64,000 nucleotides of DNA from contig JAXMOL010000034.1 of assembly GCA_034669905.1 (NCBI GenBank), positions 21,716-85,715 of the forward strand. Direction: 5' to 3'. Both the position numbers and the translations under genes were made by a program. Origin of the DNA: Candidatus Hydrogenedentota bacterium. Its GTDB lineage: Bacteria > Hydrogenedentota > Hydrogenedentia > Hydrogenedentales > JAEUWI01. The notes under the pieces are model-generated. The model saw nothing but the letters and a program-made list of their open reading frames with translations, did not search any database and was not told where the DNA came from. The first letter of the stretch is position 1, and each line of letters starts with the position of its first letter. Positions 1-9,499 of the stretch are shown in pieces.

Positions 1-90
1 CTGCCAGCATACCGCGTGCCAATTCCACCTGAAGGGCTTGGTCTTCCCCCCACCGCTGCAACGTTCCGATGACAATAAAGGAGTTCATTC

Positions 91-936
91 ATGAGATTGC
101 TGGCTATACTGACGCTGCTGGCCGTGGCCTTACTCAATTCTGCCGCCTATGCCCTTGATGTGACGGTGATGTCGTTCAATATTCGTTATGGCACCGCAGA
201 TGACGGGGCTGATTCCTGGCCCCATCGCCGCGAGATGGTCGTGGAAACCATACGGGAGGCCGCCCCCGACGTGGTAGGCCTTCAGGAGTGCCTTGATTTT
301 CAGGCGGACTATATCGTGGAAAACCTGGCGGGCTACGCCTGGTTTGGATTGGGGCGTGAAGCCGATGGAACGGGTGAGATGACGGCCATCGTCTATCGCA
401 CGGACCGATTGCTCCCGATTGCGACCAATCACTACTGGCTTTCCGAAAGCCCGGAAATCCCAGGGTCCAAGTCCTGGGACTCGAGCCTGACCCGAATTGT
501 ATCGCGGGTTGCCTTTTTTCATGTGACAGAGAAGAAGCGTTTTGTTTTCTACAATACTCATTTCGACCACCGTGGCAAAGTAGCGCGCCAGGAAAGTGCC
601 CGACTCCTGGTGACGTACATGAAAAACGAGTCCCTCCCGGTGGTGCTTACGGGGGATTTCAACGCCCAGGGGGGCACCAGTGCGCCGTGGCAAATCTTGA
701 TGGACGGCGGTTTTCTGGATGCCTGGGAGGCCGCCGATGTGCAGAAGGGGCCGTCCAACACGTGGAACGGATTCAAGATGCCGGCCCGGGGCGCGGAGAG
801 ACGCATTGACTGGATCGTGGTTTCTCCGGGGGTGACGGTGTCCTCCTGCACGACCCTTGATCACCACCAAGAGGGCCGTTACCCCTCCGACCACTTTCCG
901 GTCGTCGCGCACCTGCGCCTGCCGCCCAGCCCCTGA
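91..936 (+). CDS. Secreted endonuclease/exonuclease/phosphatase (EEP) family protein
   Basis: Signal peptide; SFNIRY, GLQE, NTHFDH, GDFN, IDWI, SDHFP motifs; AAGGAG RBS. Confidence 0.9.
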   Translation: MRLLAILTLLAVALLNSAAYALDVTVMSFNIRYGTADDGADSWPHRREMVVETIREAAPDVVGLQECLDFQADYIVENLAGYAWFGLGREADGTGEMTAIVYRTDRLLPIATNHYWLSESPEIPGSKSWDSSLTRIVSRVAFFHVTEKKRFVFYNTHFDHRGKVARQESARLLVTYMKNESLPVVLTGDFNAQGGTSAPWQILMDGGFLDAWEAADVQKGPSNTWNGFKMPARGAERRIDWIVVSPGVTVSSCTTLDHHQEGRYPSDHFPVVAHLRLPPSP

Positions 937-1328
937 GTCGTTCGGGGCGTGCCCCTACCCCTCGAATGGAAATGGGAAAATGCCTTCCTCCCTCTCGCCG
1001 TGGATCGTAGCCACTACGATTCACGGCTTTTTTTTGGAAAATTGGGGCGCAAGGTGGCTTGATCCCTCGGGATTTTCGGGACTTTAGGTCTTCGGTAACG
1101 TCGGCAAGACGTGAGAGATTGTGTGTCAAAATACGGGGTATTCCGGTTGAATTTGCTCGCAGATTTGCAGATTCTATCCCCAGATTTTCCACAGTCGGCC
1201 GATTTTTTCGCTTCGTTTAGGCATGTTGTAAGTGGTTGTAATTCGGTGGCTTGGGGAAGATATGACACAAATGTAAATTTTTTGTCATGCCTAAAAGTAG
1301 AAAAAATTGCACTTTTTTATTTTTTTTC

Positions 1329-1357
1329 TTGACGGGAGGATAGATTCATGGTATAAG
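1329..1357 (+). promoter_or_regulatory. Sigma70-type promoter for the small ORF at 1420
   Basis: TTGACG-17 bp-TATAAG with extended -10 TG and an AT-rich upstream tract. Confidence 0.75.
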
Positions 1358-1419
1358 CCGGGCAAGATTGAACGCGAAAACGAGTCATTAAACTCTCTCG
1401 AAAGGAGGTGATTGCTACT

Positions 1420-1557
1420 ATGAAACAATGCACGTTATGTAATGAGCACATTGAAGATGTCGACTTCGAATTTGGAGAAGCCGTTGACCTTGAAGGTGAG
1501 TGCTGGCATGCCGAGTGTTACTACGAATATTTCGGCGAGGTACTGGAAACGGTATAA
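1420..1557 (+). CDS. 45-aa acidic zinc-finger microprotein (CxxC-x22-HxxC), not in the ORF track
   Basis: MKQCTLCNEHIEDVDFEFGEAVDLEGECWHAECYYEYFGEVLETV; RBS AAAGGAGGTGA at 1401-1411; flanked by promoter and terminator. Confidence 0.8.
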   Translation: MKQCTLCNEHIEDVDFEFGEAVDLEGECWHAECYYEYFGEVLETV

Positions 1558-1585
1558 GTCGGCACATAGTATGGTCGTTTAGGTG

Positions 1586-1623
1586 CCTCGGAGGGGTATT
1601 GAATTCCCGTCCGAGGTTTTTTT
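1586..1623 (+). terminator. Rho-independent terminator
   Basis: CCTCGGAGGGG/CCCGTCCGAGG stem followed by a T7 run. Confidence 0.8.
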
Positions 1624-1875
1624 ATATTCCGGGGGAAACGCAGCGGGTGCTCCCCGTCGGCGCGGTGGCCCTTCGCCCTGCCCATTGGTTTTGGTGAACA
1701 GGCTTGTTCAGAGCATGCCGTGATTGTTAGACTCATAACAGGATGTGGTAGTGCATCCCCACCGCGTGCTGGATATGTTGAGCCTATCCATTTCGTAAGC
1801 GAAGTTAATCAATGAATCGACAGAAGGTGGCCTCTGGGTCGCCTCCCTGTTTACCCTCGTCGGGATTTAGATATC

Positions 1876-2931
1876 GTGCAACTTAAACGTTCCAAAAAAA
1901 CTGCTGACGTCGTTCTCCCCTTTGAACGCCCTCTTGTTGATATAGAAGAACAAATCGCCGCGGCCGAAACGGACGAAGCCCGTTCCGAGTTGATGGCCCA
2001 ACGGGATGCCCAACGGGAGGCGATCTTCGCGAATATCTCCCCGTGGGAACGTGTTCTCCTTGCCCGCCACCCCCAGCGTCCCCGAATGCGTGCCTTCGTT
2101 GAACACGTATTCGACGATTTCGTGGAGCTCCACGGTGACCGCGCCCTGGGTGACGATCCCGCGATGGTGACCGGTATTGCCCGTTTTCGTGGCCAGACGG
2201 TCTTCGTTGTAGGGCAGCAAAAGGGTGTCGACACCGATGAGAAGGTCCGGTGTAATTTCGGCATGGCCCATCCGGAAGGCTATCGAAAAGCACTGCGCAT
2301 CTATCGCATGGCCGAGCGTCTTGGCCATCCCATTATCACCATCGTGGATACGCCTGCGGCCCACCCCGGCATTGATGCCGAGGCGCACGGTCAGGGCTAC
2401 GCCATCGCCTACAACCTGCTGGAAGCGTTCAAAATCAATACGCCCATTCTCTCCATCATCCTCAGCGAAGGGGGAAGTGGCGGCGCGTTGGCGATTGCTG
2501 TCGGAGACCGCATCGCCATGTTTGAGAATGCCGTGTATGTGATTTGCCCACCCGAACGGTGCGCTGAAATCCTGTGGCGTGATGTGGAAAAGAAAGAAAT
2601 GGCCGCCTCTGCCCTGCGGGTCTCTGCGGCTGACCTCAAGGAATTGGGGGTCATTGACAGCATCCTCAAGGAACCCAATGGCGGCGCCCACCGCGATTTG
2701 GATGGTGCCGCAGCCTCTATGGCGTCGGAGATTGCCGACTTTCTGGATCAGGCAGCCCAGGGCGCTTGGAAGTTGTCCGACCGTCAGGCCCGGTTTCAAC
2801 GGATGGGTCAATGGCTCGAGTCCGCGCCGGAATTGCCTGCGGAAGAATCGGATGGACCCGCCGATACGGATGCCGACGGGGCCGAACCGGCCACCGAGGG
2901 GGATGCCGAAACCGCGAACGTCGCGGAGTAG
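1876..2931 (+). CDS. accA: Acetyl-CoA carboxylase carboxyltransferase subunit alpha
   Basis: ARHPQRP, ELHGDR, NFGMAHPEGYRKA, EGGSGGALA motifs; acidic C-terminal tail; GTG start. Confidence 0.93.
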   Translation: MQLKRSKKTADVVLPFERPLVDIEEQIAAAETDEARSELMAQRDAQREAIFANISPWERVLLARHPQRPRMRAFVEHVFDDFVELHGDRALGDDPAMVTGIARFRGQTVFVVGQQKGVDTDEKVRCNFGMAHPEGYRKALRIYRMAERLGHPIITIVDTPAAHPGIDAEAHGQGYAIAYNLLEAFKINTPILSIILSEGGSGGALAIAVGDRIAMFENAVYVICPPERCAEILWRDVEKKEMAASALRVSAADLKELGVIDSILKEPNGGAHRDLDGAAASMASEIADFLDQAAQGAWKLSDRQARFQRMGQWLESAPELPAEESDGPADTDADGAEPATEGDAETANVAE

Positions 2932-2933
2932 GG

Positions 2934-3242
2934 GTGAGTTCCCCCCCACTCGAATCCGTTCCCGACGGGGTGCTCCTGCGGGTGCGGGTCCAGCCCAAGG
3001 CCTCGCGCGACAGTGTCGTGGTCGAAGAGGGGGGACGTGTGAGGGTAGCGTTGACGGCGCCGCCGGTAGACGGCGCGGCCAACACGGCACTGATACGTTT
3101 CATGGCCCGCCATCTGGGCATAAAGCGTCGCCAGGTGAGTTTGAAATCCGGCGAGCGTAGCCGCGACAAATCGCTCCTTCTGAGCGAGTGTTCGGTAGTG
3201 CAGGTCGCCACGCGCCTCAAGATAGACCTGGCGCAGAAGTGA
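2934..3242 (+). CDS. DUF167/YggU family protein
   Basis: VRVQPKAS, APPVDGAAN, GERSRDK motifs; GTG start just after accA stop. Confidence 0.85.
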   Translation: MSSPPLESVPDGVLLRVRVQPKASRDSVVVEEGGRVRVALTAPPVDGAANTALIRFMARHLGIKRRQVSLKSGERSRDKSLLLSECSVVQVATRLKIDLAQK

Positions 3243-3324
3243 AGATGCTTTACAATCCCGACCAATGGGGTTGCGCCGTTTGAAACGAGGCATAAATCTG
3301 TAAAACTGTGAGAGGGTTCACGCA

Positions 3325-4164
3325 TTGTTACATGATCAGGTTTCTGAAGCCGCCGCCTATATCCGCGCTCAGGCATCCCTGGAGCCCCGGGTGGCCGTCG
3401 TATTGGGGACCGGACTCGGCGCCTTCGTTGAGCGGCTCACCGAGAGCACACGGTTGTCCTACGAGGGTATCCCCCACTTTCCGGCGGCCACCGTCGACTC
3501 CCATGCAGGGGAATTGGTCCTGGGCATGCTCGGCGACGTGCCCATCGTAGCCCTTTCCGGACGATTTCACTACTACGAGGGCTATAGTCTGCAGGAAGTC
3601 ACCTTTCCGGTTCGGGTGGCCAAGGCGCTGGGCGTCGATACCCTGGTGGTCTCGAATGCCGCGGGTGGACTGAATCCCCAATTCAAGGCCGGTGACCTGA
3701 TGTTGATTGCCGACCACATCAACTTTATCGGCGACAATCCCCTGATTGGGCCCAACGACGATGCCCTTGGTCCCCGTTTTCCCGACATGTGTGAGCCCTA
3801 TTCGGAAGCGCTATTGCGTCTGACCGAAGAAAAAGCCCTCGCCATGGGTATTAAGACACAGCGTGGCGTTTATCTCGCGTGCAGTGGTCCCTGTCTGGAG
3901 ACCCGGGCGGAATACCGGATGATGCGTCACATCGGCGCCGACGCGGTGGGTATGAGTACGGTGCCCGAAGTCATTGTGGCCGTCCATGCGGGCTTACGGG
4001 TGCTCGGCTTTTCCATTATCACGGATGAGTGTTTTCCCGATGCATTGGAACCCGTCAATATTGAAAAGATTGTCGCGACGGCCAATGGTGCCGAGCCGGT
4101 GCTGAGTGCCTTGGTGGACGGGGTGTTGCAGGCCCTGCCGCCGGTACCGGGAACGTCCGCATAG
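3325..4164 (+). CDS. punA: Purine-nucleoside phosphorylase (trimeric type)
   Basis: VLGTGLG, GRFHYYEG, SNAAGG, VGMSTVPE motifs. Confidence 0.92.
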   Translation: MLHDQVSEAAAYIRAQASLEPRVAVVLGTGLGAFVERLTESTRLSYEGIPHFPAATVDSHAGELVLGMLGDVPIVALSGRFHYYEGYSLQEVTFPVRVAKALGVDTLVVSNAAGGLNPQFKAGDLMLIADHINFIGDNPLIGPNDDALGPRFPDMCEPYSEALLRLTEEKALAMGIKTQRGVYLACSGPCLETRAEYRMMRHIGADAVGMSTVPEVIVAVHAGLRVLGFSIITDECFPDALEPVNIEKIVATANGAEPVLSALVDGVLQALPPVPGTSA

Positions 4165-4272
4165 CGAAATTGCCCCCGTTGTGTTAGACTTTTTCTCAGC
4201 GGCATTTGGGTACGTGGCAAGTTACGGGCTCCCGGGGGGCCGTGTGTGCGCATGATTAGGAGTTAGAGAGCA

Positions 4273-5313
4273 TTGATGTCGGAAAAACTTATTCGATCCA
4301 TATTCGTCTTTTCATGCCTGATAATGGGCGTGATCTGGGGCGGCTTTGCCCATGAAGTAGCCAATCCGGAGGGGACGGCGAGCAGTCCTCTGCCGTGGTA
4401 CGTCATTGGGGGATTCATCGGGGGAGCTTCTGGCTTTTCGGTGGCCCTCCTGTTGCGTTTTATCACCCAGGAAGTCTACGAAAAACTGGCGCCTGCGCTG
4501 GTGGCCATCGTCATCGGTATTCTTTTCGGCTATGCGATTGCCAACTGGCTGCTGCTCTGGGTTCCCGGTGCCAGTTACAATTTCAAACTCTATGTCATCG
4601 TTACCTTTGTGCTGGTGTTCGGCTTCATGGGTATCTTTCTCGGGCTTAAGTTTGGCTCGGCATGGCAGGCCCTCCTCTCTGCGGTGGAGCGAAACAAGGC
4701 CGGGGTAAACACCCTGAAGCTGGTGGACACGAGCGTAATTATCGATGGCCGGATTTCCGATATCTGTGAAAGCGGTTTTATCGAGGGTACGCTCCTGGTG
4801 CCCCGCTTTGTCTTGCTGGAACTCCAACACATCGCCGATTCCTCCGACGTGCTTCGCCGTGCGAAGGGCCGCCGTGGACTTGATATTCTCAAGGAACTGC
4901 AGCGGGAATCGTCCAAGGTGCTGGTCGAGGTTATCGAAGACGACCCCCAGGAAGTCCGCGAAGTTGACAGCAAATTGGTTCGTCTGGCCCAGAAATTTGG
5001 TGCCAAGATCCTCACCAATGATTTCAATCTCAACAAGGTTGCGCAGATCGAAGGCATTGTCGTGCTTAACATCAATGACCTCGCCAATGCCCTGAAGCCG
5101 GCAGTCCTTCCCGATGAACAGATGGAAGTGAAGATCATCAAGGAAGGCAAAGAGGCCAGTCAGGGCGTCGGCTATCTTGATGACGGCACCATGGTGGTCG
5201 TTGATGGCGGCCGGGTGCATATGGGCAAGATGGTGCAAGTGGTGGTGACCAGTGTGTTGCAAACCGCCGCCGGGCGCATGATCTTTACCCGATTTGACAA
5301 CGTCTTGTCGTGA
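4273..5313 (+). CDS. Membrane-anchored PIN/TRAM domain protein (YacL-like)
   Basis: Four TM segments, DTSVIIDGRI, LTNDFNLNKVA, GVGYLDDGTMVVV; conserved position upstream of ispD. Confidence 0.9.
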   Translation: MMSEKLIRSIFVFSCLIMGVIWGGFAHEVANPEGTASSPLPWYVIGGFIGGASGFSVALLLRFITQEVYEKLAPALVAIVIGILFGYAIANWLLLWVPGASYNFKLYVIVTFVLVFGFMGIFLGLKFGSAWQALLSAVERNKAGVNTLKLVDTSVIIDGRISDICESGFIEGTLLVPRFVLLELQHIADSSDVLRRAKGRRGLDILKELQRESSKVLVEVIEDDPQEVREVDSKLVRLAQKFGAKILTNDFNLNKVAQIEGIVVLNINDLANALKPAVLPDEQMEVKIIKEGKEASQGVGYLDDGTMVVVDGGRVHMGKMVQVVVTSVLQTAAGRMIFTRFDNVLS

Positions 5314-6005
5314 CACGTCAGGTCATCATACCGGCCGGTGGTATGGGGCAACGGTTGGGCGAATCACTTCCCAAGGCGTTGGTGCCGCTCTGTGGCGTTC
5401 CCCTGCTGCTTCGAACCTTGTCCGCCTTTCACCCCCTTGGTCTCGCTAAAACGGCGGTGGTGACCGTGCCTGCAGGGCACGAGTCCCCCATTGTTACCCT
5501 GCTCGAAGCCGCCTTTCCCGGCAACCAGATCACGCTGGTGCCTGGCGGCGTGGAGCGCCAGGACTCCGTGCGGAATGCGCTGGCGGCGTTGCGATCGGAT
5601 ACGGCGCTGGTGGCCATCCACGATGCCGCGCGGCCATTTGTGAGCGCTGCGGTGGTGGAGGCATCCTTCGAGGCCGCGGCTACCCATGGAGCCGCAACGG
5701 TAGCCGTTCCTGCCATCGACACGATCTTGGTGGGCGACGGCGAAGGCTTTCTGTCCGATACCCCGGACCGGAGCACGGTCTGGTGTTGCCAGACGCCCCA
5801 GACCTTTCAGGTGGCGGTTATCCGAGCAGCCCACGATACGGCCCGGAAAAAATCGTTCCAGGGGACCGATGATGCCACACTGGTACGGCGTTGTGGGCAC
5901 CCCGTGAAACTGGTTCCCGGCGATTTCACCAACCTGAAGGTAACTACCCCCACCGACATGACCATTGCAGAAACCTTTATAGAAAAGAAGCTGGTATGCG
6001 TATAG
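5310..6005 (+). CDS. ispD: 2-C-methyl-D-erythritol 4-phosphate cytidylyltransferase
   Basis: IPAGGMGQR, RQDSV, IHDAARP, QTPQ, TDDA, NLKVTTP. Confidence 0.93.
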   Translation: MTRQVIIPAGGMGQRLGESLPKALVPLCGVPLLLRTLSAFHPLGLAKTAVVTVPAGHESPIVTLLEAAFPGNQITLVPGGVERQDSVRNALAALRSDTALVAIHDAARPFVSAAVVEASFEAAATHGAATVAVPAIDTILVGDGEGFLSDTPDRSTVWCCQTPQTFQVAVIRAAHDTARKKSFQGTDDATLVRRCGHPVKLVPGDFTNLKVTTPTDMTIAETFIEKKLVCV

Positions 6006-6478
6006 GCCAAGGCTATGACTTGCATCGGTTGGAAGCCGGTTATCCCCTGATATTGGGCGGCATCACGGTGCCCCACGACAAGGGGATGGTGGGGCATTCC
6101 GATGCCGATGTGTTGTCCCATGCGATTACCGATGCCCTTCTGGGGGCGGTGGCCCTGGGGAATATTGGACAGCTCTTCCCGGATACGGATCCGGCCTACA
6201 AGGGGGCTGACAGTCTCGTGCTCCTGAAAGAGGCCTGGCGGCGTGTCCAATCCACGGGGTACGCCATCGTCAATATCGACAGTACCATCGTGGCCCAGCA
6301 GCCCAAGCTGAATCCCTATATCGATACGATTCGCCTGCGATTGGCTGAGACCCTGGAGATCGCGGTGGAACAGATTTCGGTCAAGGCCAAGACCAATGAA
6401 AAGGTCGGGCCCGAAGGCCGGGAAGAAGCCATCAGTGTGCAGGCCGTGGTGCTCCTGCAGGAATCACCGTTGCCCTGA
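5996..6478 (+). CDS. ispF: 2-C-methyl-D-erythritol 2,4-cyclodiphosphate synthase
   Basis: MRIGQGYDLH, GHSDADV, KAKTNE; start reassigned to ATG 5996, overlapping ispD. Confidence 0.95.
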   Translation: MRIGQGYDLHRLEAGYPLILGGITVPHDKGMVGHSDADVLSHAITDALLGAVALGNIGQLFPDTDPAYKGADSLVLLKEAWRRVQSTGYAIVNIDSTIVAQQPKLNPYIDTIRLRLAETLEIAVEQISVKAKTNEKVGPEGREEAISVQAVVLLQESPLP

Positions 6479-7774
6479 TGCCGGGGCAGGGTTGCCTTGG
6501 CGTTGCCACGTTAGCGCCATCCGACAGGCCGCATCGCCGTCGATGAGGCCGGCCCCGGTCTGTGGGGAAACGGGGCCCCGTACCGTCGCTCGGAGTATGT
6601 CCCCCACTTCACCTGGCTTCAGGTGGGGATTCACCTCGAGCATGAGCGCGATTAGACCGGCTACCTGGGGCGCCGCGGAGGACGTGCCGGACGTGATGGC
6701 CCACCCCGACGTGGTTTTTCCCAGGGGCAGATTCTCCCCCTCCAAGACCGACGCCCGCGATGTGGGAAGCATGATGTGCCCTTTTCGCGGATAGGCGCCC
6801 CCCTCGCCCACGATACCGCAGAGATCGGGCACCTGTCGGCCGGGATAGAGCTGGCTTTCGTAGGAGCCCGCGAGCGTCGAAGGGATCAGGTCCCCCGATG
6901 CTGTCCAGGTCATTCCGCCCACTGCGATGACCTCCGGCATGGAAGCCGGAAAGGGGCGCTCTCCATTCCCGGCGGAGAACACGACGGTCACCCCGGCATC
7001 GATGGCCCCCCGGATGATACGCTCCATATCGTCGAATTGAAGCGCGGTATGGGGCTCTTCGGCCCGGAGCTGTTCCCACGAACGGTGGTCTTTGTCCCAT
7101 CCCCAGGAGCAACTCAAGACCCGGGGCGACTGGGCCAGGGCGATCTCCAGGGCCGTCGCGGAAAAATCGCTCTGCCGGATGCCGATGAGGGTCGCCCCCG
7201 GGGCCACCGCGAGGGCATTGGCACAGGCCGCCGTACCGTGGCCTTGTTCATCCCCGGTGGGGTCCATGCCTTCGACGGTACTGATGCGTTCGATATGATA
7301 CCCCTGGCGCTCAAACCAGGGATGGCGGGCGATTCCGGTGTCGGGCATGGCAATGGAGATGCCCGTGCCGCGGATTTCCCGTTGGTGACAGGGGGTGACC
7401 CGCAAGACATCACAGAGGGTGCTCAAACTGAGATGAAAGAGGGATGTCTCCGGCGGGGCGCTTGTCTCACCATGCGCGCCAGCCGCGCTTGGGCGGTAGA
7501 CATAGGCAATGAGGGGCTGAAGGGGCGCTGGCACCGAAGGTAACCCGTCTCCGCGATCCGCATCGGGGGTGAGCAAGGCGTATTGTTCGGCAGTGACGGA
7601 AGATTCCAGGGTGCCGGGGCCGGGAGACCAGGTGTGGAGCTTCAGGCGCTGGAGGATTCGCTTCGCCGTCCGGGCGCGGTAGGGATCGGGCCAGGGGGTC
7701 GCACCGAATCGGGGGTCATCTCCCTGGCGGGTTCGGGCGACCCAACGCAGCGGAATCATGGGGCCTTCACTCAT
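6464..7774 (-). CDS. S8 subtilisin-like serine peptidase
   Basis: Catalytic triad motifs DTG, GHGT, SGTS plus SAGN oxyanion motif. Confidence 0.88.
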   Translation of the reverse strand: MSEGPMIPLRWVARTRQGDDPRFGATPWPDPYRARTAKRILQRLKLHTWSPGPGTLESSVTAEQYALLTPDADRGDGLPSVPAPLQPLIAYVYRPSAAGAHGETSAPPETSLFHLSLSTLCDVLRVTPCHQREIRGTGISIAMPDTGIARHPWFERQGYHIERISTVEGMDPTGDEQGHGTAACANALAVAPGATLIGIRQSDFSATALEIALAQSPRVLSCSWGWDKDHRSWEQLRAEEPHTALQFDDMERIIRGAIDAGVTVVFSAGNGERPFPASMPEVIAVGGMTWTASGDLIPSTLAGSYESQLYPGRQVPDLCGIVGEGGAYPRKGHIMLPTSRASVLEGENLPLGKTTSGWAITSGTSSAAPQVAGLIALMLEVNPHLKPGEVGDILRATVRGPVSPQTGAGLIDGDAACRMALTWQRQGNPAPASGQR

Positions 7775-8576
7775 CCCGAAGGGCCGCCTTCATGGTGTTG
7801 GAACCGGGTGCAAATCCGTCTTCGGATGCCGTCTGGATGTGGTATCGATGCCCTTCCGCATTGTAGAACTGAATGATGCGTAGCAGTTCACTGAGATCGA
7901 TTTGCCAATCCTGCGGGGCATAGTCACTGTCATGGGGGGCGCAAGTCTGCGGTCCGGGGCCTGCGTGATAACCATCCTCCCCGTCTACGTCACAAGAATA
8001 CGTGGTGCTGTTGTAGAGTTGAACGACCCGAAGGACCTCCCCGACCGCTATCTGGCTGTCCCCGTTGGTGTCGGCCCGGTGGGCGGCAAAGGGCAGGGAC
8101 ACGGTGATGGTTGCCGTTTCCAGGGTCACGGTCAATGCGTCCGCGTCTCCGTTGGCTCCGCTCGAGTTGCCATTGGCAATCGACAGGATTTTCCCGGCCT
8201 CGGCGGTCGGCGTCACCGTGAATTCCAGGTCCGCCAGGGTCGTGGCGGTGAAGGCGCTGCTGCCTCCGAAAAAGACCAGGGTCGCACCCGATGGGGTCGC
8301 CTGAAAATCAGCGCTCCCATCCGTTGCCCCGGAATTCGCGACGACATTCGTCAGTGAAAGCTGCGTGGTGTCAAAAAGGAGGTCAATCACCAGGGTTGTG
8401 GGACCGTCGTCTCCATTGCTCAGCGTAAGGGACAGGAAGGAAGCGCTTCCGGCTGGTATGGTGACGGAGGGAAGTTGCAGTTCTACGGCGCTTCCCGAAG
8501 ACGCCCCCACCCCCGCGAGGAAGAAGGCGAAGAAAAGCACCCACCGTCGGCGGAAACTATCCACCAGAACCATCAT
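7767..8576 (-). CDS. Secreted protein with cohesin-like beta domain and C-terminal EF-hand/dockerin-like repeat domain
   Basis: Signal peptide; 'IDLLFDTTQLSL...LADLEFTV' cohesin-like strands; two repeats ADTNGDSQIAVGEVLRVVQLYN and DYAPQDWQIDLSELLRIIQFYN. Confidence 0.7.
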   Translation of the reverse strand: MMVLVDSFRRRWVLFFAFFLAGVGASSGSAVELQLPSVTIPAGSASFLSLTLSNGDDGPTTLVIDLLFDTTQLSLTNVVANSGATDGSADFQATPSGATLVFFGGSSAFTATTLADLEFTVTPTAEAGKILSIANGNSSGANGDADALTVTLETATITVSLPFAAHRADTNGDSQIAVGEVLRVVQLYNSTTYSCDVDGEDGYHAGPGPQTCAPHDSDYAPQDWQIDLSELLRIIQFYNAEGHRYHIQTASEDGFAPGSNTMKAALRDE

Positions 8577-8743
8577 TTAATCCCTTTCACCCTGGACTGC
8601 ATTGCGTGCTTCAAGTATACCGTATTGATTCAGGAGGTGGTATTTTCACCGGTGCGGGCGGGAAGGTGTATCCGACGCGTAAATCACGTATAATCAAGGT
8701 AACGAAACAACCCAATCACCCGGTAGTTTAGCTAACGTACTTC

Positions 8744-9499
8744 ATGGCAAAAGAACGTCTCGACATCTTAGTGCAGCACCAGGCGGGTGTTTCCCGTTCC
8801 AAGGCGCAGGGTCTCATACAAACGGGCCAGGTATTTGACGCCGCAGGGAAACGGCTCGATAAGCCGGGGTTGCGTATGGACGCGGAGACGGCGCTCGAAG
8901 TGCGAGAGCAGCCGCGCTTTGTCAGCCGCGGCGGGCAAAAGATTGCCGCCGCGTTCGAAGCCTTTCCCTTCACCGTGCGCGATCAGGTATGTATTGACGT
9001 GGGCGCGTCTACCGGCGGCTTCACCGATTGCTGTCTCCAGGAAGGGGCCGCACGGGTATACGCCGTGGACGTGGGTTACGGCCAACTGGCCTGGTCCCTC
9101 CGGCAGGATGAGCGCGTGGTCGTGATGGAGCGCGTCAATGCGCGCAGCCTCCAGCCCGACATGTTCGACCCGCTCCCCACCCGATTCGTGGCCGACTGCT
9201 CTTTCATTTCGCTGCGGCTTATCCTTCCCCCGCTGATTCCCGTCCTTGGCGCGGCACCAGAGGGCGTGGTGCTTATCAAGCCCCAGTTTGAAGCGGGCAA
9301 AGATCAGGTGGGCAAAGGCGGCGTTGTGCGGGACGAAGCCGTGCGCGAACAAGTCGTGAATGCCACCTGCGCGCACGCCCGGTCCCTCGGTTTTCAGTCC
9401 ATCGAGGTGGTGCCCTCTCCCCTGACCGGCCCCGCGGGGAACAAGGAGTTTCTTGCCTACCTTCACGACTTCAGCGCGCCCGAGTTGCCGCCATGTTAG
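8744..9499 (+). CDS. tlyA: TlyA family rRNA 2'-O-methyltransferase
   Basis: S4 domain, FVSRGGQK, DVGASTGGFTD, LIKPQFE, GNKEFL. Confidence 0.93.
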   Translation: MAKERLDILVQHQAGVSRSKAQGLIQTGQVFDAAGKRLDKPGLRMDAETALEVREQPRFVSRGGQKIAAAFEAFPFTVRDQVCIDVGASTGGFTDCCLQEGAARVYAVDVGYGQLAWSLRQDERVVVMERVNARSLQPDMFDPLPTRFVADCSFISLRLILPPLIPVLGAAPEGVVLIKPQFEAGKDQVGKGGVVRDEAVREQVVNATCAHARSLGFQSIEVVPSPLTGPAGNKEFLAYLHDFSAPELPPC

